Origin: a virus
Taxonomy: Duplodnaviria; Caudoviricetes
Virus record (IMG/VR): IMGVR_UViG_3300049009_000076
Location: 1 to 37,844 of that record
DNA: 37,844 nt
Direction: 5' to 3' (one strand)
Shown in pieces: positions 7,569 to 16,162 of the stretch. The notes below the pieces were generated by a model that had not been told where the DNA came from, ran no database searches, and saw only the letters and a program-made list of their open reading frames with translations. Positions within the stretch are counted from its first letter, which is position 1. Each line of letters starts with the position of its first letter. The translations under genes and the position numbers were made by a program.

Positions 7569-8200
7569 GCTGACCTCCGGCGACGGCCTGCTGGCGCTGG
7601 CGCTTCTGGCGCTGCCTCTGGAACCGGCTCGCCGTCCATGCTGACCCACTCGACCACTTCAAACACGGGCGTGTAAATCTTGCCGTAGCTCTTGTGGGCG
7701 TAGTGGTCTTTACGCAGACGCACGATAGCCACTGGCTTGGCTTGATCCTTATCGACCTGCTCGGCCAAGGCGACAGCGATAGACTGAACCGCTTTTTTAC
7801 CGCCCACTGACGTGGTGGTGTAACGCGCTTCCATACCCTTGTCTTCGCCGCTGATGCACTTCAAGCTCAGGCCGACCTGTGTTTCCCAACCCTTCTTAGC
7901 ACCAGGAGGCGCTTCGTCGAGTTCGGGCAACGGCTGGCTGACACTGGCCATCTTTTCGGCCAACACCTCACCATCACCCCAAGCGATGAAGCCGTGGACA
8001 AAGGAGAAGGGGTTGATCGCCCACTTGCTGTCGTCTTCGACTTCGGTCTGATCGGCACCGAAGACCCAGTGGCCAGTTTTATCCATTTTCAGGATAGCTG
8101 TACCGGCTGGGCCGACATCGGATTGGATCGCCCGCAGCGCGGATGACAGGGTGGAAACTGCGGGCAAGCCCGCTTGAGAGAACGCTACTAAATTGGACAT
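7565..8200 (-). CDS. putative single-stranded DNA-binding protein
   Basis: sits between exonuclease and polymerase; aromatic beta-rich core (HKSYGKIYTPVF), flexible tail; function inferred from position. Confidence 0.6.
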   Translation of the reverse strand: MSNLVAFSQAGLPAVSTLSSALRAIQSDVGPAGTAILKMDKTGHWVFGADQTEVEDDSKWAINPFSFVHGFIAWGDGEVLAEKMASVSQPLPELDEAPPGAKKGWETQVGLSLKCISGEDKGMEARYTTTSVGGKKAVQSIAVALAEQVDKDQAKPVAIVRLRKDHYAHKSYGKIYTPVFEVVEWVSMDGEPVPEAAPEAPAPAGRRRRSA

Positions 8201-8210
8201 TTGTTTTTCC

Positions 8211-9332
8211 TTATTGAAGTTTAGAAAGGGCGGCAATTAACTGCTTCCCGATTTGCAACACTGCTGGGCGCGGGTCATCCGCGCTTGCCAATGTTGTGCC
8301 TGAAGACACTGACACGACAAGATCGTCGGGCAATGTCAACTTGCTCTTTTTGAGTTCCTTCTCCGCTTGCGCTGGAGAAATTAACTCGAGTTCTTTGTAC
8401 ACGGCTATGCCAGCGTTATGGAGCGCCTGAAAAGCTTTTGCTTCATCCACCCACTGACGTGTACCACGCTTGGCCACCAGTTTATACCCAGGCACTGGCG
8501 CGCCGCTATCCAAGATTTGATGCGCCAGCGCGCGCAGGTCTTTGATCCATTCTTCCAGAATGTCAGCGTTGGCCAAGTACGAGCCCAGCGTCTGCACGTC
8601 AATGGCTTCGACTTGCGTCTTCAGCGCGCGGTCAACAGCGCCGGTCATCTGCGGGCAGATGGGCTTGGCCGCGCACCAACGGCAGTGGTCACCAACTTTG
8701 AGTTCGGCGTTTGGTTGCTGCGCTAGTTTGACGGCCTTGACCAAGTCTTTTTCAAACTGTGCAATGCGCGCGGGTGTCGTCACCCAACGCTTGACGGCGG
8801 GCGGCTGGACGATGACCATCTCAATTTCTTCAACGTCCTTGAACGCCCATTTGGTTTCTTCGGTACGCATGGCCGCAGCGGCGTAGAACATGAGCTGATA
8901 ATTCTCTTCTACCTCAACAGCCACGCCGTCACCGAATTTCCAATCCAGTACGACAGCGCGGCTACCAATGCGCCCAATGAGGTCAGTGCTGCCAAAAACA
9001 CCAGGCAACAGATCGCCAAAACCCACTCTAGTTTCCGCTTCAATTTCCATCTCCTTGTTCGGGTCGATCACGTCAAGCGCCGCAAGGGCTGGCACCAGTT
9101 TGTTGTCGATCAAGTCTAGCGTCAGCACTTGGTCGTTGTAAGTGGTGCCGAGGAATGACTCGGGGTGTTCGTCTGACATCACTATTTCAGCGATGACGTT
9201 GTGCAACAGCGTACCCTCGTCGGCGTACTTGTTGCTGGGCTGAGGCGGCATCTTCTGCACCAAGGCTACAGAGCCTGGGCAGTTCATAACGCGCTTGGCG
9301 GTTGAGCCGCCGACTATCTTACTGTGATTCAT
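8211..9332 (-). CDS. Cas4-like PD-(D/E)xK nuclease (DUF2800 type)
   Basis: CPGS, EGTLLH, GSTD...DWKFG, QLMFY, CRWC..K..CP. Confidence 0.88.
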   Translation of the reverse strand: MNHSKIVGGSTAKRVMNCPGSVALVQKMPPQPSNKYADEGTLLHNVIAEIVMSDEHPESFLGTTYNDQVLTLDLIDNKLVPALAALDVIDPNKEMEIEAETRVGFGDLLPGVFGSTDLIGRIGSRAVVLDWKFGDGVAVEVEENYQLMFYAAAAMRTEETKWAFKDVEEIEMVIVQPPAVKRWVTTPARIAQFEKDLVKAVKLAQQPNAELKVGDHCRWCAAKPICPQMTGAVDRALKTQVEAIDVQTLGSYLANADILEEWIKDLRALAHQILDSGAPVPGYKLVAKRGTRQWVDEAKAFQALHNAGIAVYKELELISPAQAEKELKKSKLTLPDDLVVSVSSGTTLASADDPRPAVLQIGKQLIAALSKLQ

Positions 9333-9628
9333 ACTTTTCCCCCTGCTCTTTTAGCAACTCTTTCCATAGCGTCGCCATAGCTCATGCCCAACGCCTTCTC
9401 AATTAGTGTTAATGACGAATTAATAATCTCAGCAAACGTCGGTTCCATTTCCTTAATGACGTTCAGCGTCATCTTTGCGTCTTCCAACGCCTCAATGTCC
9501 GCGCTGTTGGCTTTGTACAGCAAGTCAATGTCTTCTTGGATAGGAGGCTTGGAAGGCTGTATCTGGTCAAACATTTGTTTGCCACGGCTGTAAAAATCTT
9601 TGTTTTTTCCTGTGCTGTTGTCTTTCAC
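9329..9628 (-). CDS. hypothetical protein (99 aa)
   Basis: GTG start with AGGAGAG; ATGA overlap downstream. Confidence 0.75.
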   Translation of the reverse strand: MKDNSTGKNKDFYSRGKQMFDQIQPSKPPIQEDIDLLYKANSADIEALEDAKMTLNVIKEMEPTFAEIINSSLTLIEKALGMSYGDAMERVAKRAGGKV

Positions 9629-9657
9629 TGAACTCTCCTGTAATTGAATGAGACTGA

Positions 9658-9690
9658 ACTATAGCACAAAAAATAAAACTGTGCTAAACT
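9658..9690. promoter_or_regulatory. back-to-back extended -10 promoters
   Basis: TGTGCTATAGT on - (9668-9658) and TGTGCTAAACT on + (9680-9690) in the divergent intergenic gap. Confidence 0.7.
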
Positions 9691-9697
9691 TTTTGAC

Positions 9698-9985
9698 ATG
9701 AAAGAAAAAATAGTTGAAAATCATTTCGTCTGGGCGGTTGAGCGCATTGGTGGCAAGACGTACAAGTTCACGTCACCAGGGCGCAAAGGCGTAGCAGACC
9801 GGATCGCGTGTCTGCCTGACGGCAGCACATGGTTTGTGGAATTGAAGACCAAGGGCGGCAGGCTGTCAGCGTTGCAGAAGATGTTCATGTCGGACATGAC
9901 GCTGCTGAACCAACGGTATGCGTGTTTATGGACAACAGAACAAATTGATGAATTCATTAAGACCCTACCAAGACGAAGCCGCTGA
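9698..9985 (+). CDS. VRR-NUC nuclease
   Basis: E..VE...KF.SPG..GVADRI....FVELK..G.LS..Q. Confidence 0.92.
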   Translation: MKEKIVENHFVWAVERIGGKTYKFTSPGRKGVADRIACLPDGSTWFVELKTKGGRLSALQKMFMSDMTLLNQRYACLWTTEQIDEFIKTLPRRSR

Positions 9986-11273
9986 CTTCTTGTACGAGCG
10001 CGATAGGGCCATGATCTTGGCACCTGTGGGCGCTGGCAAGACAGCCATCACCTTGACGGCCATGCAAGACATGCTGGCCAACGGCGTGGTCAAGCGGTTC
10101 CTTGTTCTTGCACCCAAGCGCGTCTGTACCGACGTGTGGCCAGTCGAGCAACCCAAGTGGGCCTCTGACGTACCGCTGGCCGTGGCGGTGGGTACCCCCA
10201 AGGAGCGAGGCGCAGCGTTGCGTTCCAAGGCGCAGATCGTAGTGAGCAATTACGACAACATCCAATGGCTGGCCGAGCAGGCGTTGGACTTTGACGCCAT
10301 CGTGTTTGATGAGTTGACACGCTTGAAGAACCCGTCAGGCACACGCTTCAAAGCGTTGCTGAAGGTGCTTGAGCCCATGCGCGTTCGTTGGGGTTTGACG
10401 GGCTCCTTCACCAGCAACGGTTTGGAAGACGTGTTTGGCCAGTGCAAAATCGTTGACCAGTCGTTGCTCGGTCGTTCCAAAGGCGCGTTCATGCAGCAAT
10501 ACTTTGTGTTGATCAACAAGGAGTTCGGCGAGTGGGCACCGCGTGTGGGTGCTTTGGCCAAGGTCATGGAGCGCATCAAACCGGCCACCTATGTGTTGGA
10601 AGCTGGCGAGTACGCCGACAAGCTGCCGCCGCTTCATGTGATCGAAGTGCGGTGCGATCTGGACGACCGCAAGCCCTACGAGAAGATGAAGAAAGATTTT
10701 CAGGCGCTGGACGTCACTGCCATCAACGCGGGCGTCGTCACCGGCAAGTTGCAACAGATGGCCAGCGGGTTTGTGTACGACACACGCAAGACGGCATCTG
10801 ACGTGCCAGGTAAGTTCATTGTGACACAGACGCCAGTGTGGTTTAGCTCACATAAATTTGACCGACTTGAGGAGTTGTTAAATGAAAATCAAAGAGCAAA
10901 TACGATCATTGCTTACACGTATCAAGAGGAATTGGCAGAGCTTAAACGCCGCTACCCCCGAGCCCAAACCCTTGATGACAAGGACGCAATTCAACGCTGG
11001 AACGCTGGGCAAATCGAGTTACTACTCGTCCATCCAAAGTCAGCAGGCCACGGGCTCAACCTTCAATTTGGCGGGTGCAAAATTGTTTTCTTGTCCCTGC
11101 CTTGGTCGTTGGAACTGTATGAGCAGACCATTGGCCGCTTGCATCGATCCGGCCAAACGCACGACGTTTGGTGCTACATCATGCTGACCAACAAAACCGT
11201 AGATGAAAAAATTTGGGGCGCGCTGCACGACAAGCGCGCTATATCAGCAATTGCAATGGAGGAACTGAAATGA
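9948..11273 (+). CDS. SNF2-like superfamily 2 helicase
   Basis: LRPYQ, GAGKT, FDEL, LTGS, HGLNLQ, QTIGRLHRSGQ. Confidence 0.93.
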   Translation: MNSLRPYQDEAADFLYERDRAMILAPVGAGKTAITLTAMQDMLANGVVKRFLVLAPKRVCTDVWPVEQPKWASDVPLAVAVGTPKERGAALRSKAQIVVSNYDNIQWLAEQALDFDAIVFDELTRLKNPSGTRFKALLKVLEPMRVRWGLTGSFTSNGLEDVFGQCKIVDQSLLGRSKGAFMQQYFVLINKEFGEWAPRVGALAKVMERIKPATYVLEAGEYADKLPPLHVIEVRCDLDDRKPYEKMKKDFQALDVTAINAGVVTGKLQQMASGFVYDTRKTASDVPGKFIVTQTPVWFSSHKFDRLEELLNENQRANTIIAYTYQEELAELKRRYPRAQTLDDKDAIQRWNAGQIELLLVHPKSAGHGLNLQFGGCKIVFLSLPWSLELYEQTIGRLHRSGQTHDVWCYIMLTNKTVDEKIWGALHDKRAISAIAMEELK

Positions 11274-11437
11274 GTGTACGTTTGAACAACTGGAAAACCC
11301 AGCTTAAGGCTGAGAAGTCTATACAGAAAATTTACCAGCGAGACTTTAACGCCGCCTGGCGCAAGTTGAGTAAGAGCATGACGTTAGTTAAAAAACTGGA
11401 GGACAAAGTTGCAACTTACTTGGCGAAAATTAAATGA
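11270..11437 (+). CDS. hypothetical basic helical protein (55 aa)
   Basis: ATGA overlap, GGAGG upstream. Confidence 0.65.
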   Translation: MSVRLNNWKTQLKAEKSIQKIYQRDFNAAWRKLSKSMTLVKKLEDKVATYLAKIK

Positions 11438-11600
11438 ACAACTCAAGACCTTTGACGAAGACAAGGTGTTGGAGATGCTGACCCATGAACGGGCAAACGC
11501 CAGACGTGTGGTGGTGCTGGAGCGACTGCACCAACGCTACACCACGCTTAGGGCGTCCCGCGAGCGTATTGAACTCTTACAGGAGGCTAAACAGCCATGA
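11409..11600 (+). CDS. hypothetical protein (63 aa)
   Basis: TTG start with GGAGG; ATGA-coupled to next gene. Confidence 0.7.
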   Translation: MQLTWRKLNEQLKTFDEDKVLEMLTHERANARRVVVLERLHQRYTTLRASRERIELLQEAKQP

Positions 11601-11866
11601 AGTATTTTCTTTTTTTACTGATGAGCGGATGCGCGGCGGGATCGTCTTGGCAGGCCAGCCTGGGCGAGCCTGCTGGCGGCGCGGAGCAAAAGATGGTGTT
11701 GGACAAGAACATCCAAGCCATGAGCCGCAACGAAGTGATTGTGGCCGTGCAGGAGTGTGAAAGCTCTGGCCTGCGGGCGGTCATGGTGTTTGCGAAACGC
11801 AAGATCAACAACTACACCGCTGACGTCGTGGCTGACGTGACGTGTGCCCCTAAATACAGGTACTGA
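11597..11866 (+). CDS. putative lipoprotein
   Basis: MKYFLFLLMSGC signal and lipobox; AGGAGG SD. Confidence 0.7.
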   Translation: MKYFLFLLMSGCAAGSSWQASLGEPAGGAEQKMVLDKNIQAMSRNEVIVAVQECESSGLRAVMVFAKRKINNYTADVVADVTCAPKYRY

Positions 11867-11868
11867 AT

Positions 11869-12015
11869 ATGATTGAAGCAATTAAAAATTTTTTTAGAAA
11901 AGACCAACAAATTGTTGAACAAGGTCTTGTCTGGCGTTGCACACGTTGCAACATGATTTTTCTAACTAGATCAGCAGGAGAGCGGCACCCATGCCAAGAC
12001 CCAAAAGTGAATTGA
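11869..12015 (+). CDS. small Zn-finger-like protein (48 aa)
   Basis: read by hand: WRCTRCNMIF...HPC. Confidence 0.6.
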   Translation: MIEAIKNFFRKDQQIVEQGLVWRCTRCNMIFLTRSAGERHPCQDPKVN

Positions 12016-12149
12016 CCAATGTGGCCAAGAACGTCGGTGTGCGGTTGATACCGGCGCACCACGCAGAATGGAAGCGTTTGGGTGGTGCCAAGTGGTTGCG
12101 CCAGATGCTGTCGCAAAGTATTAAGGAGAAGCGCGATGCCAGCGTTTGA
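11991..12149 (+). CDS. small putative DNA-binding protein, ribbon-helix-helix-like (52 aa)
   Basis: read by hand: MPRPK...VGVRL...KRLGGAKWLR; AGGAG SD. Confidence 0.6.
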   Translation: MPRPKSELTNVAKNVGVRLIPAHHAEWKRLGGAKWLRQMLSQSIKEKRDASV

Positions 12150-12285
12150 AACTTGGGAACGTGAAAATTTAATTAAGTTTGCTGCCGAAGCATACCAAAA
12201 GATGCAGGAGCAGCACGACCAGATTCAGCAGTTGCAAAACGATGTGAAAGACGCCATCAAGGCGTACAGGGAGTTGATGAAATGA
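12136..12285 (+). CDS. hypothetical coiled-coil protein (49 aa)
   Basis: ATG 12136 with AAGGAG. Confidence 0.7.
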   Translation: MPAFETWERENLIKFAAEAYQKMQEQHDQIQQLQNDVKDAIKAYRELMK

Positions 12286-12368
12286 TCACGACCATCTTCA
12301 TTCTGCTGCTAGGTGCCGCCATTGGCGTCGGCGGCGTCATTGCGTTTCTGTATTTCTTCGCTGATTAG
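12282..12368 (+). CDS. small single-TM peptide (28 aa)
   Basis: MITTIFILLLGAAIGVGGVIAFLYFFAD; ATGA-coupled; stop overlaps endolysin stop. Confidence 0.6.
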   Translation: MITTIFILLLGAAIGVGGVIAFLYFFAD

Positions 12369-12703
12369 ACGTTGCGCTCAAAGTGCGGGCAGTCTACAAG
12401 TGATTTAAAATTACCACCCCACCGATTTTTAGGGTGCAGGTTTTCCCAGTAAATGCCTAGCGGTTTAATGGTTGCCTTGTCCCAAATAATCTTGCCATCT
12501 TTAAAAAAGTTTAAGTCCATTGCACATCGCTTCAAGTGAACAGAGTTCATTGTTTTGCTACGGCCTGTCTTGAAATAGATGGCCTGTTGTTCTGGTGTAC
12601 GTGCAAGCTCCCCGCCTGTCACCTTGAAGCCTTGTTTTGTGGCATATTGGATAAGTTCACACACGTCTAACAGGAAGGCTGCTTGTTCGTCTGATAAGCT
12701 CAT
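12365..12703 (-). CDS. endolysin, M15-family Zn peptidase
   Basis: RT.EQQ, SVH....AMD, WGGNF, DCPHFE; ATG 12703 coupled to holin stop. Confidence 0.9.
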   Translation of the reverse strand: MSLSDEQAAFLLDVCELIQYATKQGFKVTGGELARTPEQQAIYFKTGRSKTMNSVHLKRCAMDLNFFKDGKIIWDKATIKPLGIYWENLHPKNRWGGNFKSLVDCPHFERNV

Positions 12704-13209
12704 TTTTTCCTCATTTCTGCAAGTTTCTCTATTGTCCTGCCACCAAAGTAAGCGCCCATGATTAGCATTCCCCAGTTGCCCAGCAATGTGACGTAGGACT
12801 CGTTGGCGTTCAAGCCGTAGGCAGACATCATGGCGAACAAGAAGTATCCCAGAAAGATCGCTATGAGGCTCATGGGCCGAATATTTTTGGACAGCCAAGA
12901 GTCACTGCTCATGTCGGCTTCCCACCTGTCTGTGATGTTGTCAGCATCGTTCTGCGCGGCTTTTGCCAACAAATCAAGCTCGGCCAGTTCCATCTTGGCT
13001 TTTTCAATGCCTAGCTCCAGCAAACGTTCCTCGTGGTCAAACTGAAGCTGGCGCAGTTTGGCAACATCCTCAGATGTTGGGTTGTCAGGAATTTTCACGC
13101 CTAGCGTCTTTTCGACTACGTCCTTGCCTTTGGCTTGGATGGCGCTGGAGAGCAGTCCTAAACCGTTTTCGGCTAGGCTGCCTAATAATGATGCAAGTAT
13201 CGGTAACAT
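12700..13209 (-). CDS. holin (GTA holin 3TM-like)
   Basis: DSWLSKNIRP, two C-terminal hydrophobic segments, YFGGRT.EK; adjacent to endolysin. Confidence 0.8.
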   Translation of the reverse strand: MLPILASLLGSLAENGLGLLSSAIQAKGKDVVEKTLGVKIPDNPTSEDVAKLRQLQFDHEERLLELGIEKAKMELAELDLLAKAAQNDADNITDRWEADMSSDSWLSKNIRPMSLIAIFLGYFLFAMMSAYGLNANESYVTLLGNWGMLIMGAYFGGRTIEKLAEMRKK

Positions 13210-13481
13210 TATTTTTCCTTTTTAAGTTCACGCCTGAGTTTCTCTACTTTCTCCACCAGCGCTTTAACCTCATGCTTGGCCTCTAGTATGTCCAGATACA
13301 ACATACCCAGCAGTGGCAACATCAACCCAACCAGAATCAAAGCAGCAACCCAACCCACTACGTTTTCCCAATCTTGCTTAAGAGGCCGAGAAGCAGCCAC
13401 ATATATAGGAGGAATAGGATAGTCGCCAGCAGGTACGCTTGCCTTTCGTTTAAAAGACGTTGCCTTTCCTTGCGTTGCCAT
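13209..13481 (-). CDS. membrane protein in lysis cassette
   Basis: central TM plus C-terminal coiled coil; TAATG coupling to holin. Confidence 0.65.
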   Translation of the reverse strand: MATQGKATSFKRKASVPAGDYPIPPIYVAASRPLKQDWENVVGWVAALILVGLMLPLLGMLYLDILEAKHEVKALVEKVEKLRRELKKEK

Positions 13482-14038
13482 GATTCATCATCTCGTTTCT
13501 TCCTTGCCTTGTCCTGCTCCACCTTGATGACATCCCGCATTTCAAACACTTTGCTGTACAACGCCCCCATCTCTTTAGGAGCGCCGTACACCATCGCCTC
13601 TCTTATCTCAACCTCCAACGCAGCCATCTGGTCTTGAGCCATTACCCGCTTCAGGGCGGCTTCCATCAAGTTGGCATCAGGGCTGTAGATTGTTTTGCTT
13701 TTCTCTTCCTCTTCCCTTATGTGGTCAGCAAGCTGTTCTTGCAATTTGAAAAACTGGGAAAGCTGGGTGACGATGTCCGACATGACTTGGGTTTCGTCAA
13801 CGGCAACGTAGGCCACAGGCTTGGGCGATTTTCCCTGTGGGACAGGTGCAGCACTTGCACCAAACATTTCTGCCAACTTTGCCCAGAAACCCCTAACCTC
13901 TTTTGCGATCCCAATGACTTCGTTAACAGTGCTTTTGACTTCCATAAAGGAAGTCTTAGCTTGCTTGTACAGCTTGCACCCTTCCTTGATTGCTGCAACG
14001 CAAGCATTGGCAGCGAAGAGGATGCTGATTGGATCAAT
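13358..14038 (-). CDS. coiled-coil membrane-anchored protein, probable ATT start
   Basis: ORF 13358..13945 stays open 31 codons upstream to ATT GAT CCA ATC, 1 nt after the previous stop; C-terminal TM. Confidence 0.7.
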   Translation of the reverse strand: MDPISILFAANACVAAIKEGCKLYKQAKTSFMEVKSTVNEVIGIAKEVRGFWAKLAEMFGASAAPVPQGKSPKPVAYVAVDETQVMSDIVTQLSQFFKLQEQLADHIREEEEKSKTIYSPDANLMEAALKRVMAQDQMAALEVEIREAMVYGAPKEMGALYSKVFEMRDVIKVEQDKARKKRDDESWQRKERQRLLNERQAYLLATILFLLYMWLLLGLLSKIGKT

Positions 14039-14039
14039 T

Positions 14040-14234
14040 TCACGCGCCTATTAATTTGCTGACAATCACGCCAACAAAGCCAGGGCCAAGCAACACCGCG
14101 CCAATCACGACGTAGAGCAGGTACTCTATGCGTGTCATGCGCCGGTCGCCATCGACAAAGGCTTTCTCAATAGCCGCGTATCTCTCACTGCATACCGCAA
14201 CGTGAACGGCGTGATCTTTTTCTATCTCGCTCAT
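14040..14234 (-). CDS. small membrane protein, XhlA/holin-like
   Basis: H.AVC.ERY..I...RIE followed by TM helix. Confidence 0.65.
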   Translation of the reverse strand: MSEIEKDHAVHVAVCSERYAAIEKAFVDGDRRMTRIEYLLYVVIGAVLLGPGFVGVIVSKLIGA

Positions 14235-14407
14235 GGTGCTGGTGTCTCAAGTACAGGCGTTGGCGCTACTATTACGGCTGCTGCTGCCTGAGCCTCTGCA
14301 AGTGCTTGTGCCGCTACTGCCGCATCATGCGCGGCTTGTTCTTCAGGTGTGTACTCCACTTGAGTGGTCACGCCTGTCTCTACGTTAACTACGATTCTGT
14401 GTGTCAT
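14231..14407 (-). CDS. putative tail fibre assembly/accessory protein (58 aa)
   Basis: read by hand: MTHRIVVNVETG...YTPEEQA; follows fibre genes; ATGA-coupled. Confidence 0.6.
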   Translation of the reverse strand: MTHRIVVNVETGVTTQVEYTPEEQAAHDAAVAAQALAEAQAAAAVIVAPTPVLETPAP

Positions 14408-14412
14408 GATGT

Positions 14413-14955
14413 TTACTCAAAAAGGATGTTTATGGAGCCAGCGTCAAATGTATTTGTTCCACCTATTGTGGTAATGCGAATTCGGTCAAGAGTTGCAGAA
14501 AGGCTTTTAACTCCGCCAACTATTCCTGTTACAGCACTATCACCTCGACCAAAAGTTCCTGATGCTGAAAAAATATTTGAAGATGAATCTAATAACGCAA
14601 TAGTCATAATTCCTGACCATGTAGCAGCAGCAGCATGATTCAAATTATCGCAAAGTTGAAAGCCAGTAGATAAAGATGATTGTGCAACGCCACCACCAGC
14701 ACCAATACCAGTAACCGCACCTGAATATCCAGATGTTTCAATACCGCCTGAATCACCAAGTTGAACCATTATGGTAGATGTTCCATTAGTACCAACATTC
14801 TGAAAATTTACAGTAATCCGCTTTACCCATGACGGTATGCTTGTAAAGTCAATGCTTGTACCGCTGGTAGATGCAACAGCAGTACCGGAGGTAATGCCTA
14901 GAATTGCGCCAGAGTTAATCGTGACGCTTGCTGAACCATCAATTACTGTACTCAT
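14413..14955 (-). CDS. tail appendage / receptor-binding-like protein, paralog A
   Basis: S/T/G-rich; shares STSGTSIDFTS.PSW.KRITV...TFDAG with 15581..16153. Confidence 0.7.
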   Translation of the reverse strand: MSTVIDGSASVTINSGAILGITSGTAVASTSGTSIDFTSIPSWVKRITVNFQNVGTNGTSTIMVQLGDSGGIETSGYSGAVTGIGAGGGVAQSSLSTGFQLCDNLNHAAAATWSGIMTIALLDSSSNIFSASGTFGRGDSAVTGIVGGVKSLSATLDRIRITTIGGTNTFDAGSINILFE

Positions 14956-15578
14956 GCCCATGTCCCCACGTTAGTCGCTGCGCCTGATGCGGAAAGCGGA
15001 TTGATTCGGATGTAGCTGCCAGCGACTGTTGAGTACGCACCGCCGGGTGCGGCAGATAAGGTGTATTGCGGGATGAACGTGCCGCCAGCGTTGATTGATA
15101 CTGTGCCTTTGAGTACTCCAGCTATAAACATAGTTGCAGAAGCATTTGCCGCAGTTACCGCTGTAGCAGATGCACTTTGCACAAATACAATATCTTGTGC
15201 AGAATTTGTTCTGCTTGTAAAACTAGAACCACTATCCATTCCTACGTATAAATATGAAATGTTGTTTAGCGTAGCCGTACCACCAAAACCTGTAGACAGT
15301 GTATGTGAAGTAGCACCTGCGGTTTTGCTAAACGCAGAAACTATCTCAAACTCATACACAGTGCTTGCTGACAGTGTTACACCAACACCAAATATGCTTT
15401 GCACTGTGCTGACGTTTGCTCCTGCAAGGTCAGCGTTCAGTCTGTAATACTGTTGAGTCGGAACAATCCCTCGCTGTGTGCCGATAGGTGTAGCCGCAAA
15501 GATGGGGCTTGTGTATTCAATGTTGCCAGCGGCTGCTGTAGCAATCAGCGTGTCAGAAGTTAAAACAAGTATTGACAT
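14952..15578 (-). CDS. tail appendage protein
   Basis: S/T/A/G-rich beta protein inside fibre cluster. Confidence 0.65.
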   Translation of the reverse strand: MSILVLTSDTLIATAAAGNIEYTSPIFAATPIGTQRGIVPTQQYYRLNADLAGANVSTVQSIFGVGVTLSASTVYEFEIVSAFSKTAGATSHTLSTGFGGTATLNNISYLYVGMDSGSSFTSRTNSAQDIVFVQSASATAVTAANASATMFIAGVLKGTVSINAGGTFIPQYTLSAAPGGAYSTVAGSYIRINPLSASGAATNVGTWA

Positions 15579-15580
15579 GA

Positions 15581-16153
15581 TTATCCTTCGTACATGATGT
15601 TTACGGTTCCGGCATCAAAGGTGTCGGTACTTGTTGACGTGATACGCAAAATAGACAGCGTTCCAGTAATAGCTTTTGACCCTGCCGCTAAACCCGCATA
15701 AGTATTTACAGAATCAGCCATAGTTGCAGAACACACCCATGTACTGCCAGTTATATTTGCAATCGTCACAATCCCCGAATAGGTTGATGTTGCTTGCCCA
15801 GTTCTTGTTATCAAACATCCAGTTCCACCCCATGCACCTTGAATGCCATTGCCCAACACAACGCCAGAATATCCACTTGTTTCAACGCCACCAGATGGCC
15901 CAATTTGAATCAGTATGTTGGCGGTGCTTGAAAGAGACACACCGTTCATCATCACAGTGATTCGCTTAATCCAACTTGGCAAACTTGTAAAGTCAATTGA
16001 AGTGCCTGATGTAGACGCAACCGCTGTTGCCAAGACATTCACAGAACTGGTCGCAGTGGCAGCAAGCAAAGTCAGCGTGTTTGTACCCGCAACAGCAGGG
16101 GCAGCAAGTGTTACCGCCCCGCTGGTATCCCCCGAAATAACGACTGATGACAT
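15581..16153 (-). CDS. tail appendage / receptor-binding-like protein, paralog B
   Basis: paralog of 14413..14955. Confidence 0.7.
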   Translation of the reverse strand: MSSVVISGDTSGAVTLAAPAVAGTNTLTLLAATATSSVNVLATAVASTSGTSIDFTSLPSWIKRITVMMNGVSLSSTANILIQIGPSGGVETSGYSGVVLGNGIQGAWGGTGCLITRTGQATSTYSGIVTIANITGSTWVCSATMADSVNTYAGLAAGSKAITGTLSILRITSTSTDTFDAGTVNIMYEG

Positions 16154-16162
16154 ATATTTCCT

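Noticed and set aside
8211-9332. Cas4 as evidence of a CRISPR system
   Set aside because: Stand-alone Cas4-like nuclease in the usual exonuclease-SSB-polymerase replication module.
12704-12898. N-terminal extension of the endolysin (177-aa version)
   Set aside because: Lies inside the holin gene; ATG 12703 has ATGA coupling and a GAGG SD and begins the peptidase domain.
14413-16153. Diversity-generating retroelement template/variable repeat pair
   Set aside because: No reverse transcriptase; both copies are coding and differ broadly, not only at adenines.
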